A stretch of DNA of 64,000 nt, from NCBI RefSeq assembly GCF_009914755.1, contig NC_060934.1. The stretch is one strand, 5' to 3'. Positions 24,201-36,786 of the stretch are shown piece by piece; within the stretch, counting starts at the first letter, position 1, and every line of letters starts with the position of its first letter. The notes under the pieces were generated by a model that saw nothing but the letters and a program-made list of their open reading frames with translations, did not search any database and was not told the origin of the DNA. Both the position numbers and the translations under genes were made by a program. Source of the DNA: the human T2T-CHM13v2.0 reference genome, Homo sapiens.

Positions 24201-27063
24201 CCAACTCCTGGGTTTGTTGATCTTTTGATTTTTTTTTGTGTGTGTGTGTGTGTCTCAATCTCCTTCAGTTCAGCTCTGATTTTGATTATTTCTCGTCTTC
24301 TGCTAGCTTTGGGGTTGGTTTGCTCTTGGTTCTCTAGTTAGAGTATGTGCCATATGGTAAGGAGGAAAATGTATAATCTATTGTTTTTGGGTGGAGAGCT
24401 CTGTAGCTGACTATGAGTTCTATTTGATCCAGTGCTGAGTTCAGGTCCTGAATATCATTGTTAATTTTCTGTCTCAATGCTCTGTCTAATACTGTCAGTG
24501 GTACATTGAAGTCCTCCACTATTAGTTTTTTGGGATCTATGTTTCTTTGAAGGTCTCTAAGAAATTGCTTTATAAATCTTTGTGCTCCTGCATTGCATGC
24601 ATATATATTTAGCATAGTTAGGTCTTCTTGTTGAATTCAACCTTTTACCATTATGTAATGCCCTTCTTTGTCTTTTTTGATCTTTGTTGGTTTAAAGTCT
24701 GTTTTGTCTGAAATTATGATTGCAACCCCTGCTTTTTTGTTTTCCATTTGCTTGGTAGATTTTTCTCCATTCCTTTATTTTGAGCCTATAGGTGTCATTG
24801 CATGTGAGACGAGTCTCTTGAAGACAGTATACCAATGGGTTTTGGTTCTTTATCCAGCTTGCCATTCTGTGTCTTTTAATTGGGGGCCCTTGGCCCATTT
24901 ACATTCAAGGTTAGTAGTGATATATGTGAATTTGATCCTATCATCATGATGTCAGCTGGGTACTATGCAGACTTGTTTAGGTGGTTGCTTTATAGTGTCA
25001 CTGGTCTGTGTATTTAAGTGTGTTTTTATAGTGGCTGATAATGGTATTTTCTGTCCATATTTAGGGCTTCCTTCAGGAGCTCTTGTAAGGCAAGTCTGGT
25101 GGTAATGAAGTCCCTCAGCATTTGCTTGTCTGAAAAGGATTTTATTTCTCATTTTCTTATGGAGTTTAGTTTGGCCGGATATAAAATTCTTGGTTGGAAT
25201 TCCTTTGCTTTAAGAATGTTGAATATTGGCTGTGAATCTCTTCTGGCTTGTAGTGTTTCTGCTGAGAAGTCTGCTGTTTGCCTGATGGGCTTCCCTTGGT
25301 AAATGACCTTTTTCTCTGGCTGCCTTTAATATTTTTTAAATTCATTCCAACCTTGGAGAATCTGATGATTATGTGTCTTGAGGATGATTTTCTTGTGAGG
25401 TATCTTACTGAGGTTCTCTGCATTTCCTCAATTTGAACGTTGGCCTCTCTAGCTAGATTGGGGAAGTTCTCATGGACAATATCCTGAAATATGTTTTTCA
25501 AGTTGCTTACAGTCTCATCTCTTTCAGGGACAACAATGAGTCGTAGATTTTATCTTTTTACATAATCCCATATTCCTCGGAGGTTTTGTTTGTTCCTTTT
25601 CATTCTTTTTTCTCTATTCTTGGCTGCTTGTCTCTTTTCAGAAAACCAGTCTGAGCTTTGAGATTCTTTTCTCAGCTTGATTAGTCTGCTGTTAATACTT
25701 GTGATTGCATTATGAAATTCTTTCAGTGTGTTTTTCAGCTCAGTCAGGTCAGTTAAGTTCTTTTCTACACTGGCTATTTTGTATGTCAGCTCCTATATCG
25801 TTTTATTGTGATTCTCAACTTCCTTAGATTAGGTTCAATGTACTCCTGCATCTCAATGGCCTTCATTCCTATCCGTATCCTGAATTCTATTTCTGTCATT
25901 TTAGCTTTCTCAGCCTGGTTCAGAACACTTGCTGGAGAGATAGTGCAGAGGTTTGGAGGAAAGAAGGCACTCTGGTTTTTTGAATTGTTAGAGTTCTTGC
26001 ACTGGTTCTTCCTCATCTTTGTGGGCTGATGTTTCTTCAGTCTTTGAAGTTAGTGACCTTTGAATGGATTTTTTTTTTCTTTTATACTATTTGATGACCT
26101 TGAGTGTTTGATTGTGGCATATGGAGCGGTTAAGACAGCTGGCTTCACTTCTGGAAAATTTTATGGGGCCAACACTCAGCTCCCAACTCCTGGACTGCAT
26201 GCTCTAATTCTGGGGGGTTTTTATTGGGCCCTGACTTTGTTCTCTGGCTACTTGAGGTTAGAAATCCACTGCATTGTGAGGGCGCAGAGGTGCTCCCAGA
26301 TCACTAGTCACTATACTGTTATGGGTGGTGTCAAACGAAGCATTTTGTAGTGTGGTGGCAGTGGGTCTGTCCTTGTTTCCACGTGTCAGCAGCAGCAGCA
26401 GCAGCAGCAGTGGCAGCATGGTGGGGTGCATGTTCTTCAGCTGTGGCATGTTGCTAGTGGGTGCATGGGCACCTCTCTCCCTGTGGGTGTTCACCACAGT
26501 GGTGGCGGTAGCATGGCTGGGGGTGGGGACTTGGGCCCCTGCTGACAACTGTCATGCTGGTGGTGGTATTAGCCAGGAACAGGGTGCTGCTAGGCCAGGT
26601 CTGTGTGTACTCTCTGTGTGTGGCAGACAGGCATGGTCACTCAGGGAAGGGGAGAGTCTGCTGTTCTCTGTGCCAACTTTCACTCCAGGAGCAGTGTTGG
26701 CGCTAGAGCAGGTGCTGGTGGAGGTAGGGCTGGCTCTCTCTGTGCTCAGCTAGGCTCTGACTGCAATGGTGGTCTGGCGGGAGGACATGGGTGGCGTGCA
26801 CTCCCACTGCAGCAGTGGAAGGGCACTAACAGGACAAGGAAGACAAAACCTGCCTGTGCACACATGTGCCAGCAAGGTGATGTGGGGGTTGCTGTGGGCC
26901 CTGCAGGAAGCTGCAGTGTGGGGAGAGAGCAGGCAAATTTGTGCATGACCATGGGGGCCACCTCGCTGGAGCTCTCTGCCAGTCAGGCACAGTCTGCCAG
27001 TGCAGGAAATATGATGTAGGTCCCCAGGACACTCAAGGCTGCCCTGCAAGCAGGCATGGCCAC
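21296..27063 (-). mobile_element. L1PA13-like (L1PA12-15 range) LINE-1, near full length, ORFs disrupted
   Basis: polyT plus L1PA 3' UTR at ~21296; ORF2 pieces 21517-24898; ORF1 start MRKNQCK at 26016; 19-bp TSD with 16/19 identity. Confidence 0.9.
26387..26410. repeat. (CAG)8 trinucleotide repeat in L1 5' UTR
   Basis: Directly visible. Confidence 0.9.
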
Positions 27064-27119
27064 AGCATGCCTGGTCATTCTTATCCACACTAAAATTTGA
27101 GAAACACTGCTTTAAAGGT

Positions 27120-28756
27120 TGTATCAGGTAGTTACTGCTCTGCAACAAAACTGCCCCAAAACTCAGTGACCTAAAGAAATAATCTTTATTTTTGTAGGTT
27201 TTAGGTCAACTGGTTATATGATCTAGACTGGGCTCAAAGGAAGGGGAAGGTGGCTCTGCCTAAGATCTCTCTCATTTTCTCCTTGGATCTGGGGACTAGA
27301 CCAGAATGTTCTTCTTATGGTAATAATGGTAGAAAGATAAGAAAGCAGGTAGAAATATGCAAGTGTTTAGCCTTTTTCCTGTTCAGAGAAAATTGGGGAC
27401 TCACAAACCTTTTCACAACCTGAGCACAGTCTATCTCTTTGAGTTCAGGCTGGTAGTGCTTCTACCAACACAGTTCTCTAGACATTTGTGGGTTTTCTAT
27501 ATATTTCATTTTCATTCATACTATGTGACAGAGGCCATACGAACAATTTTTTTTTTGGTTAGTTTTACCTCTCTAGACTTAATTACTCCTATTTAGGTCA
27601 TGACTGGTTGCTGGGGGATCATCCTCCCTTAGCTTTATGGAAGCCCTTCTGTGCAGCTGAGAAAATGCCTTATTTCTTACAGATGTCTTAAGGGATGTAC
27701 AACCAAACTCTTACTTTAATCTTTACTCTGAGGGCATGTCTTACTGCAGTGCCCGTAATCTTTGTTCCCAGGAATTATCTTAATTTGAGAATCTTTTACT
27801 GGTTGAAAAGTCTAAATATGAGAATGCATTTTACTTTGAGTAACAGCTTCCTGCATTTCTGAGCCATGTTCCCTCTCAGTTCTGTTTTCAAATTTGCTAG
27901 TTCATGCTTGAGTTTATCTCTCTTTTATAGTAACTTCTGCTCATAGACAGCTAAAAACAAGCTGATGCTTCCAATATTCTGTCTGAAGATTTACTTGGAC
28001 AAATTCAAAAGTTTATTAGATACATTTTCTATCTTCCAAGTTACCATAAATGACAGTTCAACCAAATATTTCACATCTATATAATACAAGCCTCCTGTAA
28101 GTTTTCTTACTATGTCTCTAGCCTCCTGTAAGTTTTCTAACCATTTTTCCAGCTTTAACACTTTTCTTGCCATTTTCTCAGCCTCATGCACCATCTAGTT
28201 CTAAAGCCAGTGTCTCATAATTTAAGTTTTTGTTACAGCAGCATCCACTTTCCAGCACCAATTTCTGTATCACTTCACTATTGCTATAACAAACTATCCC
28301 CAAACTCAATGCCTAAAATAACAATCAGGCCAGGCGCGGTGGCTCACGTCTGTAATCCTAGCATGTTGGGAGGCCAACCAAGGCAGGTGGGTTGCCTGAG
28401 TCTGGGAGTTCAAGACCAGCCTGAGAAACGTGGGGAAACCCTGTCTCTACAAAAAATACAAAAATCAGCTGGGCTGGTGGTGCATGCCTGTAGTCCAGGC
28501 TACTAAAGATGGTGAGGTGGTAGGATCACCTGAACCCGAGAGGTCAAGGTTGCAGTGAGCTGTGAACATGCCACTGCACTCCAGCCTGGGTGACAGAGCA
28601 AGACCCCCATCTCAAAAAATAAGATAAAGTAAAATAAAATAAAATAAAATAAAAGCAGTCATTTATTATGTTTTGATAATAGATGGCTCTGATCTACAGG
28701 ATAAGAGAATAGATACAGAGGGGTGTGTAGTATTGCTATTAATACAATCTATCACA
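27120..28756 (-). mobile_element. MLT1H/G-like MaLR provirus remnant (3' LTR ~27120-27370, internal ~27400-28265, 5' LTR 28266-28756)
   Basis: Two LTR ends tgtatcagg / tgtatcac; int-LTR junction cagcaccaatttc|tgtat; flanks aaggt / aagat (4/5 TSD). Confidence 0.65.
28328..28654 (+). mobile_element. AluJ, full length
   Basis: ggccaggcgcggtggctcac...; J-type gttcaagaccagcctg and gaggtcaaggttgcagtgagc; (TAAAA)n tail. Confidence 0.95.
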
Positions 28757-29681
28757 AAGATTAAGACTTTTTACCTTGGAATGGTAGAGAATACATTTTT
28801 GTTTGTCTGTTGGATAATGATGTTATTTTCTTTTCACACTTAAAAAATGCTTTGATAAAACTGTACTGTTTTCTTCCAAAAAAAATCAATGACAGGTTTT
28901 TAAGTCTGCAAAACATCAGTAAATGAAGGAAGCTGCTGCTTTAAAGTTGCAAATCCAAGTTTGAAGCAACCAAAATTTCTACAAGCTCTCACTTCAAAGG
29001 GTAGAGAACTGAGCAGGGCAGCTGGATAGAAGAAAGTCTTCTCTTTATTGGCAGAGTCACTCTAGGAGCCAATATGTTTTCTGTATTCCAAGGCCCATGG
29101 AAGGAACATATAGAGCTTTGAAGTCAGTTGAACTGAAGTATTTGGGGAAAATTACTCAATAAGGCAGAGGGTGAGAATGCAAAAACTGGACGTGGTGGGA
29201 AGAGCTGAAGACCAGTATGACCTTAGGACCTGGGGCACTGCAGCACCTCTGTATGCCTGCAGAGAGAATGCAGTTTGCCGCATTCTGCTGTGACTTTATC
29301 TTGATGGTACCTATCAAAACTACATTCTCTTGTTTAGGTATATCTCCTCTACATACAGGGCTCTTCTTTGCTTCCCCTTACAAAAGCTTCTTCTCTCATC
29401 GAAATTAGCATTTATTTACGCCTTCATTCAACAAACATCTGAGCGAGTGAAAAAAGTGTCTGTTGAGGACTCTATCCTTTGGTGCTTTGTGAAACAGAAA
29501 GGAAAGGTTGGGTTCATAATAGCAAGAAGGGTAATAAGTATAATCTACATGATTGAATTAAAAAATCTTGCTCTGCATATTAATTTTGTAAATACGGTAA
29601 TTGGCTAATATTTGCATACTATGAAATGCTTTTACCAAAATATGACTGGAAAACAAATATGCTCCATTCTTTGTAATGTAG

Positions 29682-30096
29682 TGAATTAGTCAGGGAAGAC
29701 TAATTGCTGTAGCAAAACTTCCCCAAACTCAGTGGTTTAACATAATCAAAATTTATTTCTTACTCATAACAGAGTCTCATGTGGATGGGAGACACTACTC
29801 CAAGAGGTCACTCAAGAATCTGGGCTCCTTCCATCTCGATGCTTCCCCATATTATATTATATAATTCCTTGTAGTTCACCCTATTTACCTGTCTGATGGT
29901 GATGAAGAATATGATGGTTTTAAAATGATCACGTATTATCTGTGACCTTTCTATGTGTGCATACCTCATATGCACTTGCGGAGATCGAACCTTATTTCCT
30001 TCCCTTTTAGTGTGGATGTACTTAGCGACTTGCCTCTACTGAATAGAAAAAAAATGGAAGAACAATCTTTGGAGACTAGATCCTAAAAAGCTTCCT

Positions 30097-30139
<43 letters not shown>

Positions 30140-30712
30140 CAGGTTGCTAACTTTGGAGGAAGCCAGCTGCCATGTCACAAAAAGATTCAGGAAGCCATGT
30201 GGAGAGGCCCACATCATGAGGAACTGAGGTCTTTGCCAATTACCAGCAAGGAAATGAGGCCTCCTGCCAACAGCCACGTGAGTATCCTACCTTGGAAATG
30301 GACCCTCTAACTTCAATCAGCCTTCAAATAACTGCAGCCCCAGTTGATGGCTTGACTGCAACCTTAGGAGAAACCCTGAGCCAAAAACATTGAGGAAAAA
30401 CACCCCCAGATTCCTATCAGAAATTGTGTAAGATAATAAATGTTTGTTGTTTTAAGCTGCTAAGTTTTAGGGTGATTTGTTATACAGAAGTAGATAACTA
30501 ATACAGAGACAGAAGAATTACTTTTGGGAGGGTTTGATCATTCTGGGCCTGCAAGAAGCCTAAACTGCTTCCTACCCCTTTGTACTGATGAGAGCTGAGG
30601 CACATGGTCACACCTAAGAAGCTAACTGCAAGAGCACCTGGGAAATACAGTCTAGCCAAGTGCCCAGGAGGAAGGAAACACTTTGATAAATAGCTGGCCA
30701 GTCTTGGCCACA
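29682..30712 (-). mobile_element. MLT1I/J-like LTR, split by an MLT1E/F insertion
   Basis: ccccaaactcagtggtttaacataatcaaaatttatttcttactca; second half ctaactgcaagagcacctgggaaatacagtc...ggccaca. Confidence 0.7.
29912..30505 (+). mobile_element. MLT1E/F-like LTR
   Basis: gaggaactgagg...ccaacagccacgtgagt...gttttaagctgctaagttttagggtgatttgttatacagaagtagataactaataca. Confidence 0.8.
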
Positions 30713-30924
30713 TTCAGTGAGTTTATATTTGGGAATGTTTGGACCACAAGAATCTGGTGACTATTTATTCCAATTCAGACAAGATTCTTAGAGGAAATAG
30801 GTAAAGTCTTTGACATAGTCTCTTTTCGAGAATGATGCCAAAAATGGCTGGAGTTTGTCTATGTCTTTGGTTTGTCTAATTTAGTAGTGCTGTCATAACA
30901 ACAGCAGCAGCAGCACCGCTACTG

Positions 30925-31110
30925 ACAACTAACATTCATTGAACACCCAGGCATTGTAAGAAGCATTCAATTAATCATCACAACAGCAGAGTGAAGTAGG
31001 TACAATTGTCTCAATTTTACAAATGGGGACAATGAGACACAGAGAGGTTAGACAACATGCTCAACGTTTCAGGAACATCTGTGTAAGCCAGAGATCCAGC
31101 TCTTTAGCCT
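30925..31110 (-). mobile_element. MIR
   Basis: caattttacaaatggggacaatgagacacagagaggtta. Confidence 0.7.
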
Positions 31111-31889
31111 AAGTCTGTATTTCTTTAGGGCATTGGATTTCCTAACCTGCAAGAAGATCAGCAGTGTTAGCAGAATGTTGAAAGCAGAGATTTAGCTGTT
31201 CCAGAACTTTTTTCAGTGGATGGTGCGGGAGGAACCCTGACCTGCCCTACAGTGTGGAGAAATGTGGGTTGGGGATGCCCTTCACTGTGGGAAGTAGCTT
31301 GAAGATGCTTTAGGCACAGGTGTCATCCTACAAGCAGGTAGGAAGACATAAGGCAGAGCAGTAAAACTCCAATTTGGCTAAATAAATTTATGTTTGTTTT
31401 TCTTTAGCACAACTCTAGATAGGTGTGCTTCAGTTTCTTCTTCTGTGTACTAGGAATAAAAATACCTTCCAAATGGGCTTGTTATATGACAAGCTTGAAT
31501 GACATGATATATGCAAAAACATCTGGAATATTTCTGGGTCTACAATCAAAAATTTTTTTTGGGGGGGGTATACCAATGCCTTTATATTCTACTGAATAGA
31601 GGCCATATCTTATTTATCATTATATCCTAAGTGCCTAGTACAGTATCTTGCACAAAGTGATTGCACAATACATTTTTGTTGAAGGTACACATGAATAAAT
31701 GGTACAATCATTTCTTTTTCATTCTTTTTGGGAATGAGGAGCTCAGTCTGAGATGTGCAGTCTAATCATCATCTGCTCCATTTGGGGGCTGCTTAAGAGT
31801 TCCAAAAGTGCTTCCACATGCAATATCCTATGCCAGTGCCCCATCAGGACATTACCTTTGCCTGTTCCTGGAGCAGTGGGAGGCAACCC

Positions 31890-32130
31890 TTATTAAAGTA
31901 CTTTGTCCAATTCAAGATTGAATAAAGTCTAACAAACTTAGTGAGTGCTCAGAGGAGAGCAATAAAAATGGATTAAATAGACCTTCTAAAGAAAGGTTAA
32001 GAGAATTGAGATTACTTCAGCTAGAGCTGCTGATGGGGGGAATAATAAATTTTCAAGAAACAAAAGAATATCTTGCAAAACTTGGTGGTTAGCAGTGGGC
32101 TGTTTCCCTGGAGGGCAGAAGAGAAAGAAT
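31890..32130 (+). mobile_element. L3/CR1 3' fragment
   Basis: gagtgctcagaggagagcaataaaaatgg...gaaaggttaagagaattgagattacttcagc ('VQRRA..M...RL.EL.LFSL' relic). Confidence 0.55.
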
Positions 32131-32654
32131 TTTGATGACTTTCCTGTTTGGCATTAACAAGCAGCCTCTCTTGCCCTCTCTACCCATGGAATTGTAGCAG
32201 TCACTTGCTCTCTGAAAATTCTTTATTGCATTAGGACATCCTCTCCAGAGTGTTGTGCCTCTGAGTACTGTGAGGTCACTAGGGCAAAGCAGAAAAAAGA
32301 CATATCAACTAAAAGGTTAGAATGTATTCATCTCTTGACTTGGCAGTTTGAAAGGAGAGGACCGTAAGCCCAATTAACCAGAGGCTCCAAAGACATTTAT
32401 AGACATTACATCTCCCTTCTTTGACTTCCTGAGACTTCTAAGGTAGAATTCTTATAAATCTGCTACATTCCATAATATGTGTGTGCACAGCATACTCACT
32501 TTACTCTTGCTCAATTACCCCATAAATTTTATGGATAGGGGAAGGTTTCCTGGGAGAATGAGAGCTTGGAAATGGGTATTAGCAGTGCCACTAAATGTAT
32601 GGTGTTCCTTGCTGAGCCCTGAAGTTAACTTACATTAACTTTATATAGCTTATA

Positions 32655-32940
32655 ACCTAACAGATGTTTTTTGAGTGCTTTCTATGTGCCAGGCATTGTG
32701 TTAAGCACTAGGTATACAATGGTGAAATGTATGTATGTGGCCCTTGCCAATATAAGGCCCTAACACAGGACCTAAAGGCCAGTGAGGGATACAGACAGAT
32801 CAAGAGGCAACCAAAATATAGTAAGATATGTGCTATATAAGATAATAAGAGAAACCAACCCAACCCAGAGTTAGCGGGTCAGGGAGAGCTTTTTGGATAA
32901 TATGATGCCTAAGTGATCCATGAAAGATGAATAAACATTA
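32655..32940 (-). mobile_element. L2 3' fragment
   Basis: ttgagtgctttctatgtgccaggcattgtgttaagcactagg. Confidence 0.75.
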
Positions 32941-33439
32941 ACAATTATCATTAATTCCTTCTTTGGCCACACTATTAGTTCAGATATCTCTTATTTTGGA
33001 AATAGATGTCATTACCTAGCTCACTCAGTCACATTCCCTTTCCTCCCCAATTATTATTTTTCATCTTATTTTTAAATTATTAACAGCATAATCTAGCCAT
33101 CATTTGCATGATTTAGGGGGGAAGAAAGTCTCCAGGTGTAGTTAGCTCAGGTGAGAGTAATACATACAGGTAGCACATATGTCACTGCAGTTCTGTTCAT
33201 GAGGATCATCTAGAAAAGGATCTCTATTCACTTGAACTAGACAGAGCAGAAGCCCCACTAACATACATTTATACAGGAAGCCAGGGCACTTTCCTGGTAT
33301 TGGTGTACCATTACAGTTTTTATTAATTATTTTTTGTTTATTAATAATCAATGAGGCCACCATGTAATGATAAAACTTATTAGAATTAAATATCAGCTGC
33401 TCGGTGTTAAATAATTAATTACAATCAGCCTCGTAGCAA

Positions 33440-34002
33440 AATACAAAGGAGTAACTGCCCAATTCAAGTGTTTCTCTCCTTTCTTGGGACAGTGCCCACA
33501 CCGAGGGGATGGCCTTCGGTGGCTGTGTATCTACACTGGCTACAGCTGACTGATCCAGGGTTAGATTCCTGGCCCATTTTGGGCCAACTGGATGACATCT
33601 TAGGAATTTTTGAATTGGGTCAAGAAAAAATGTGAATTATTCTCTCTTGGTGGTGGCCATTGCAAGATATATTCTTGGGCACTGATAATGGCTATGTGCC
33701 TTCCTCTGGTCTGCAGTAGGAGGATGTGAAGAGAGAGACCTAGCCAAAACCAGAGAGAGGGAGAGAGGAGAGGAAAGGAGAGAGAGAGAGAGAGAGAGAG
33801 AGAAATAGAGTGGGAGTATGCATTTTAATGGCATCTATTTCTCTGGCTTTCACAATTCCCAAGGCCCAGTTATTTCTGCGCCTGTGCTGCAGTTTGCTGA
33901 TGTGAGAAAGATCAGTGCTCTTTTAATAAATTCCTTTGGTTCTGCCTAAGCTACATCAAGGTGGGATTTTGTCTCCTGCAACCAAGAGTCCTAATGAAGA
34001 TA
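33440..34002 (+). mobile_element. Old MaLR LTR (MLT1K/L-like)
   Basis: 3' end ttaataaattcc...gcctaagcta...gattttgtctcctgcaaccaagagtcctaa. Confidence 0.6.
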
Positions 34003-34294
34003 GGCCTTTAGTATAGTCAGAAACCTGCTTATTCACTACTTGGTGGTAGAGGGTTATGGTACAGAGCATAAAACTCACTGGTATCCTCCTTTGTGAGCTT
34101 GCACATCAGGACATCTTTTGAGGTACAGATAATTTTAGGAGGGTGAATATTTGGCTCAGATCCCAAGGTTCTATTCTACACCTGCATTTGCAACCTCCAT
34201 ACCAGGTTGCAGGCTTCTAGCCCATCAGCTCTCATTGCTGTTTCCAGAGGGTCCTCTAGGTGGGAGGTCTTGTGCAGTAGCTGCCCCCACCAGG

Positions 34295-34820
34295 TTCTGG
34301 AGTAGGACAAAGCCAGGTTGGAATTTTAAATTTACTTCTGTGGGTAGCTGTGTAGCTTAGGAAATTACTCACTTCTTTGAGCCTTGGTTTTCTCTTCTAT
34401 AAAATGGAAGCCTATACCAGAAGCAGTGGCTCATGGTGGTAATCACAGCACTTTGGGAGGCCGAGGCAGGTGGATCGCTTGAGCGCAGGAGTTCAAGACA
34501 GCCTGGGTAACATGGCGAAACCCCTGTCTTCACAAAAAATAATAATAAAAAATTAGCCAGGCACAATGGTGTGTGCCTGTAGTCCCAGCTACTCAGGAGG
34601 CTGAGATGTGAGAATCACCTCAGCCTGGGGAGGTTGAGGCTGCAGTGAGCCATGATAATCATGTCACTGCTCTCGAGCCTGGGCAACAGAGCAAGACTCT
34701 GTCTGGGAAAAAAAAAAAAGTAATCATTGAGTGTTGTTAGGATTAAAGGAGGCATTATGTATAAATTATTAGGAAGAACAGTTGGCACATAATAAGTGCT
34801 CAATAAATATTAGCAATCAT
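34295..34820 (+). mobile_element. MIR interrupted by an Alu
   Basis: gagccttggttttctcttctataaaatgg...ggcacataataagtgctcaataaatattagc. Confidence 0.75.
34416..34719 (+). mobile_element. AluJ
   Basis: cagcactttgggaggccgaggcaggtggatcgcttgagc...gaggttgaggctgcagtgagc; A tail. Confidence 0.95.
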
Positions 34821-35610
34821 TTTAATACAAACCAAGTCTACAAATAGGAAAGGAATGTGTTTTCCCACTCAATTGTTATAAGGCAATGGATGAGGTCAAT
34901 TTTTAAGATGCAGAGAATTACTCTAATCCTGCTATAAAATAATGCAGGGACAGTGCTTTAATGCCTCAGAAGAGATCTAAACAAGATAAGGGCAAATTAT
35001 GATTGAATTTCTGCTTGTGACATAATCTGACAGTTTTCGTTCTTCCTCACTCCCCAGTTGGAAAAAACTGCAACAAAAAACTGTCGAAACCATGCAGTGG
35101 ACTTTCTATATTATGCCTCACTTCATCCTGAAATCCCATAGACCCTCTCCAGGGGGTTTAATTACCTGAACTATCCAAAGAAACTAATTACGACAACCCA
35201 AGGTTGCCCTGAAGTTGCATTTATGCTCAACAAAAAAGGTCATAAAATCTTCTCTGCTTATAGCTCCTGTTTATTTTTTCAGTTTGAGATAAATAAAGCT
35301 GATTGTAAGAAGAGTTTAAGGTCAGCCAAATTTGTTTCTGGCACTTTTTATTTTCTTTCTCTTCTCTGAGGTCCCTCTCTGCCCTTACTGCAAATTTCTC
35401 TCTTTTTGCCACCCCCCCCCACCAAATTAATAAAATATTTGAGGCAATATAATTGTTGACAGTGCTTTACAGTCAGACATATGTAAATTTCAATTTCAGC
35501 TCCAAATTGGTGGCAATAACATGCACCTCTTTTATGAGTGCATATGTGCTCAATAAATGAGAATTATTGACAATTATTATTGAAACTAATTTATATTAAA
35601 ACATCAAAGT

Positions 35611-35792
35611 AATGGTTCTTGAAATATGGTCTGGAATAACTTTCATCAGAACAACCTGGAGCTGTTATGAAAAATGTCAATTCCTAGGTCTCATTCTGAA
35701 GCTACTGACCTCTGGGAGTGAGACTCAGGAATTGGCATTTCTTAACAAGCTCCTAGTTAGTTCTTATGCACATTAAATTTTGTGAGTCACTG
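35611..35792. mobile_element. MER5A-like MITE
   Basis: catcagaacaacctggagctgtta...ttaacaagctcc...ttcttatgcacattaaattttgtgagtcactg. Confidence 0.7.
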
Positions 35793-36069
35793 AGATTATA
35801 CTTGAAGATGACAGAAGTCAAGTCAATGTGTTACCTTTCTCAGTCATATTTATATTTTGGCCTGACTTATAACAGTGGGGTAAAAGAATTTGGGACTATG
35901 TCACAGCGATCAATAAGCAGTAGTAGAAAGGCTTTTCTGAACTCCAGGGATGCTTAGTCTCTGGAAATCACACTGAATCCACATCTCAAGCTGACTCCAA
36001 GGGTCATTATGCTTTTGCTGTTTGAGCCCTTAGCTTCTTAGTAGCTGTACTAAATTGTGGATAGTACTG

Positions 36070-36220
36070 ACACACCTTGGGCATTTGCAGTGTGGGGGGC
36101 TTTTTCAGTTACAGTGACTGAGTGGGTCCAGAGATGCAAATGTCCTGCCTCGCATAAGGTAGTTCTGCACAGTGAAGAAGTGTCCTGCCTTGGAAACCAT
36201 AATATTTCTGCTGAGGGCCA
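36070..36220. mobile_element. MER20(B)-like hAT MITE fragment
   Basis: ccagagatgcaaatgtcctgc...ctgcacagtgaagaagtgtcctgcc. Confidence 0.5.
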
Positions 36221-36465
36221 AGGCAAAAGGAGCAGTTTCCTATCACTGCTCGTCTGTGAAGTTGGAGGCACATTTCCCAGAGCACCTAGTAGTAGAAGAC
36301 CAGTGACAGATCCCCAGGTTTTTGTCTGCTGTGCTATGTGAGACCTATCCTGCTCCTGCACAGGAATGTCTCCAGCCCTTCCTTGCCTGGATACCTTCCA
36401 CCTGCAGATAACGCCTTCCTTCTGTATTATAGTACAAGAGGCTGCAGCTGGAATTGTCTTCAAAG

Positions 36466-36786
36466 CAGAGGCAGAGTGACCATAAAGCTAATGAAGCTTG
36501 AGCTTCTGAGCTCTTCTCTTGCCTAGACCCTTGTGAGTGCTGGGAGCTGTAGAGTGGGAGAGGGAAAGTCAGGCTCCCCCAGGAAGCTTCAATGTAAGCG
36601 TTTCTGACTGATTGTCCAGAGGGTCTCATGGGAAAGGCACCTGGATCTCCAAAGTGCCAGTAACTTGTCGTGACTTATTTTGTCATCTTAAACAAACATT
36701 TGTTTAGTTTTGCATTTGTTTTTAAAAAGCCCCTACTCTCCAAATTATATAAACTGCAGACTCCATAAAACCTGGATCTTCCCATG
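36466..36786. mobile_element. Arthur1/MER69-like hAT-Tip100 element
   Basis: Ends cagaggcagagtgaccataaagctaatgaagctt and ccataaaacctggatcttcccatg. Confidence 0.7.

Larger units (their letters stand above)
19845..27109. mobile_element. MER5A-like MITE split into 19845-19985, 21278-21295 and 27064-27109
   Basis: tcagaatc...taggaatccgcattttaagtaagc, then gtcattcttatccacactaaaatttgagaaacactg terminus. Confidence 0.7.

Noticed and set aside
26258-27148. Cluster of 70-140 aa ORFs in GC-richer DNA (also 13181-14448)
   Set aside because: They lie in L1 5' UTRs, where higher GC lengthens chance ORFs; no homology recognised
36050-36629. 137-aa and neighbouring ORFs
   Set aside because: They overlap MER20-like and Arthur1-like MITEs; no domain or splice structure
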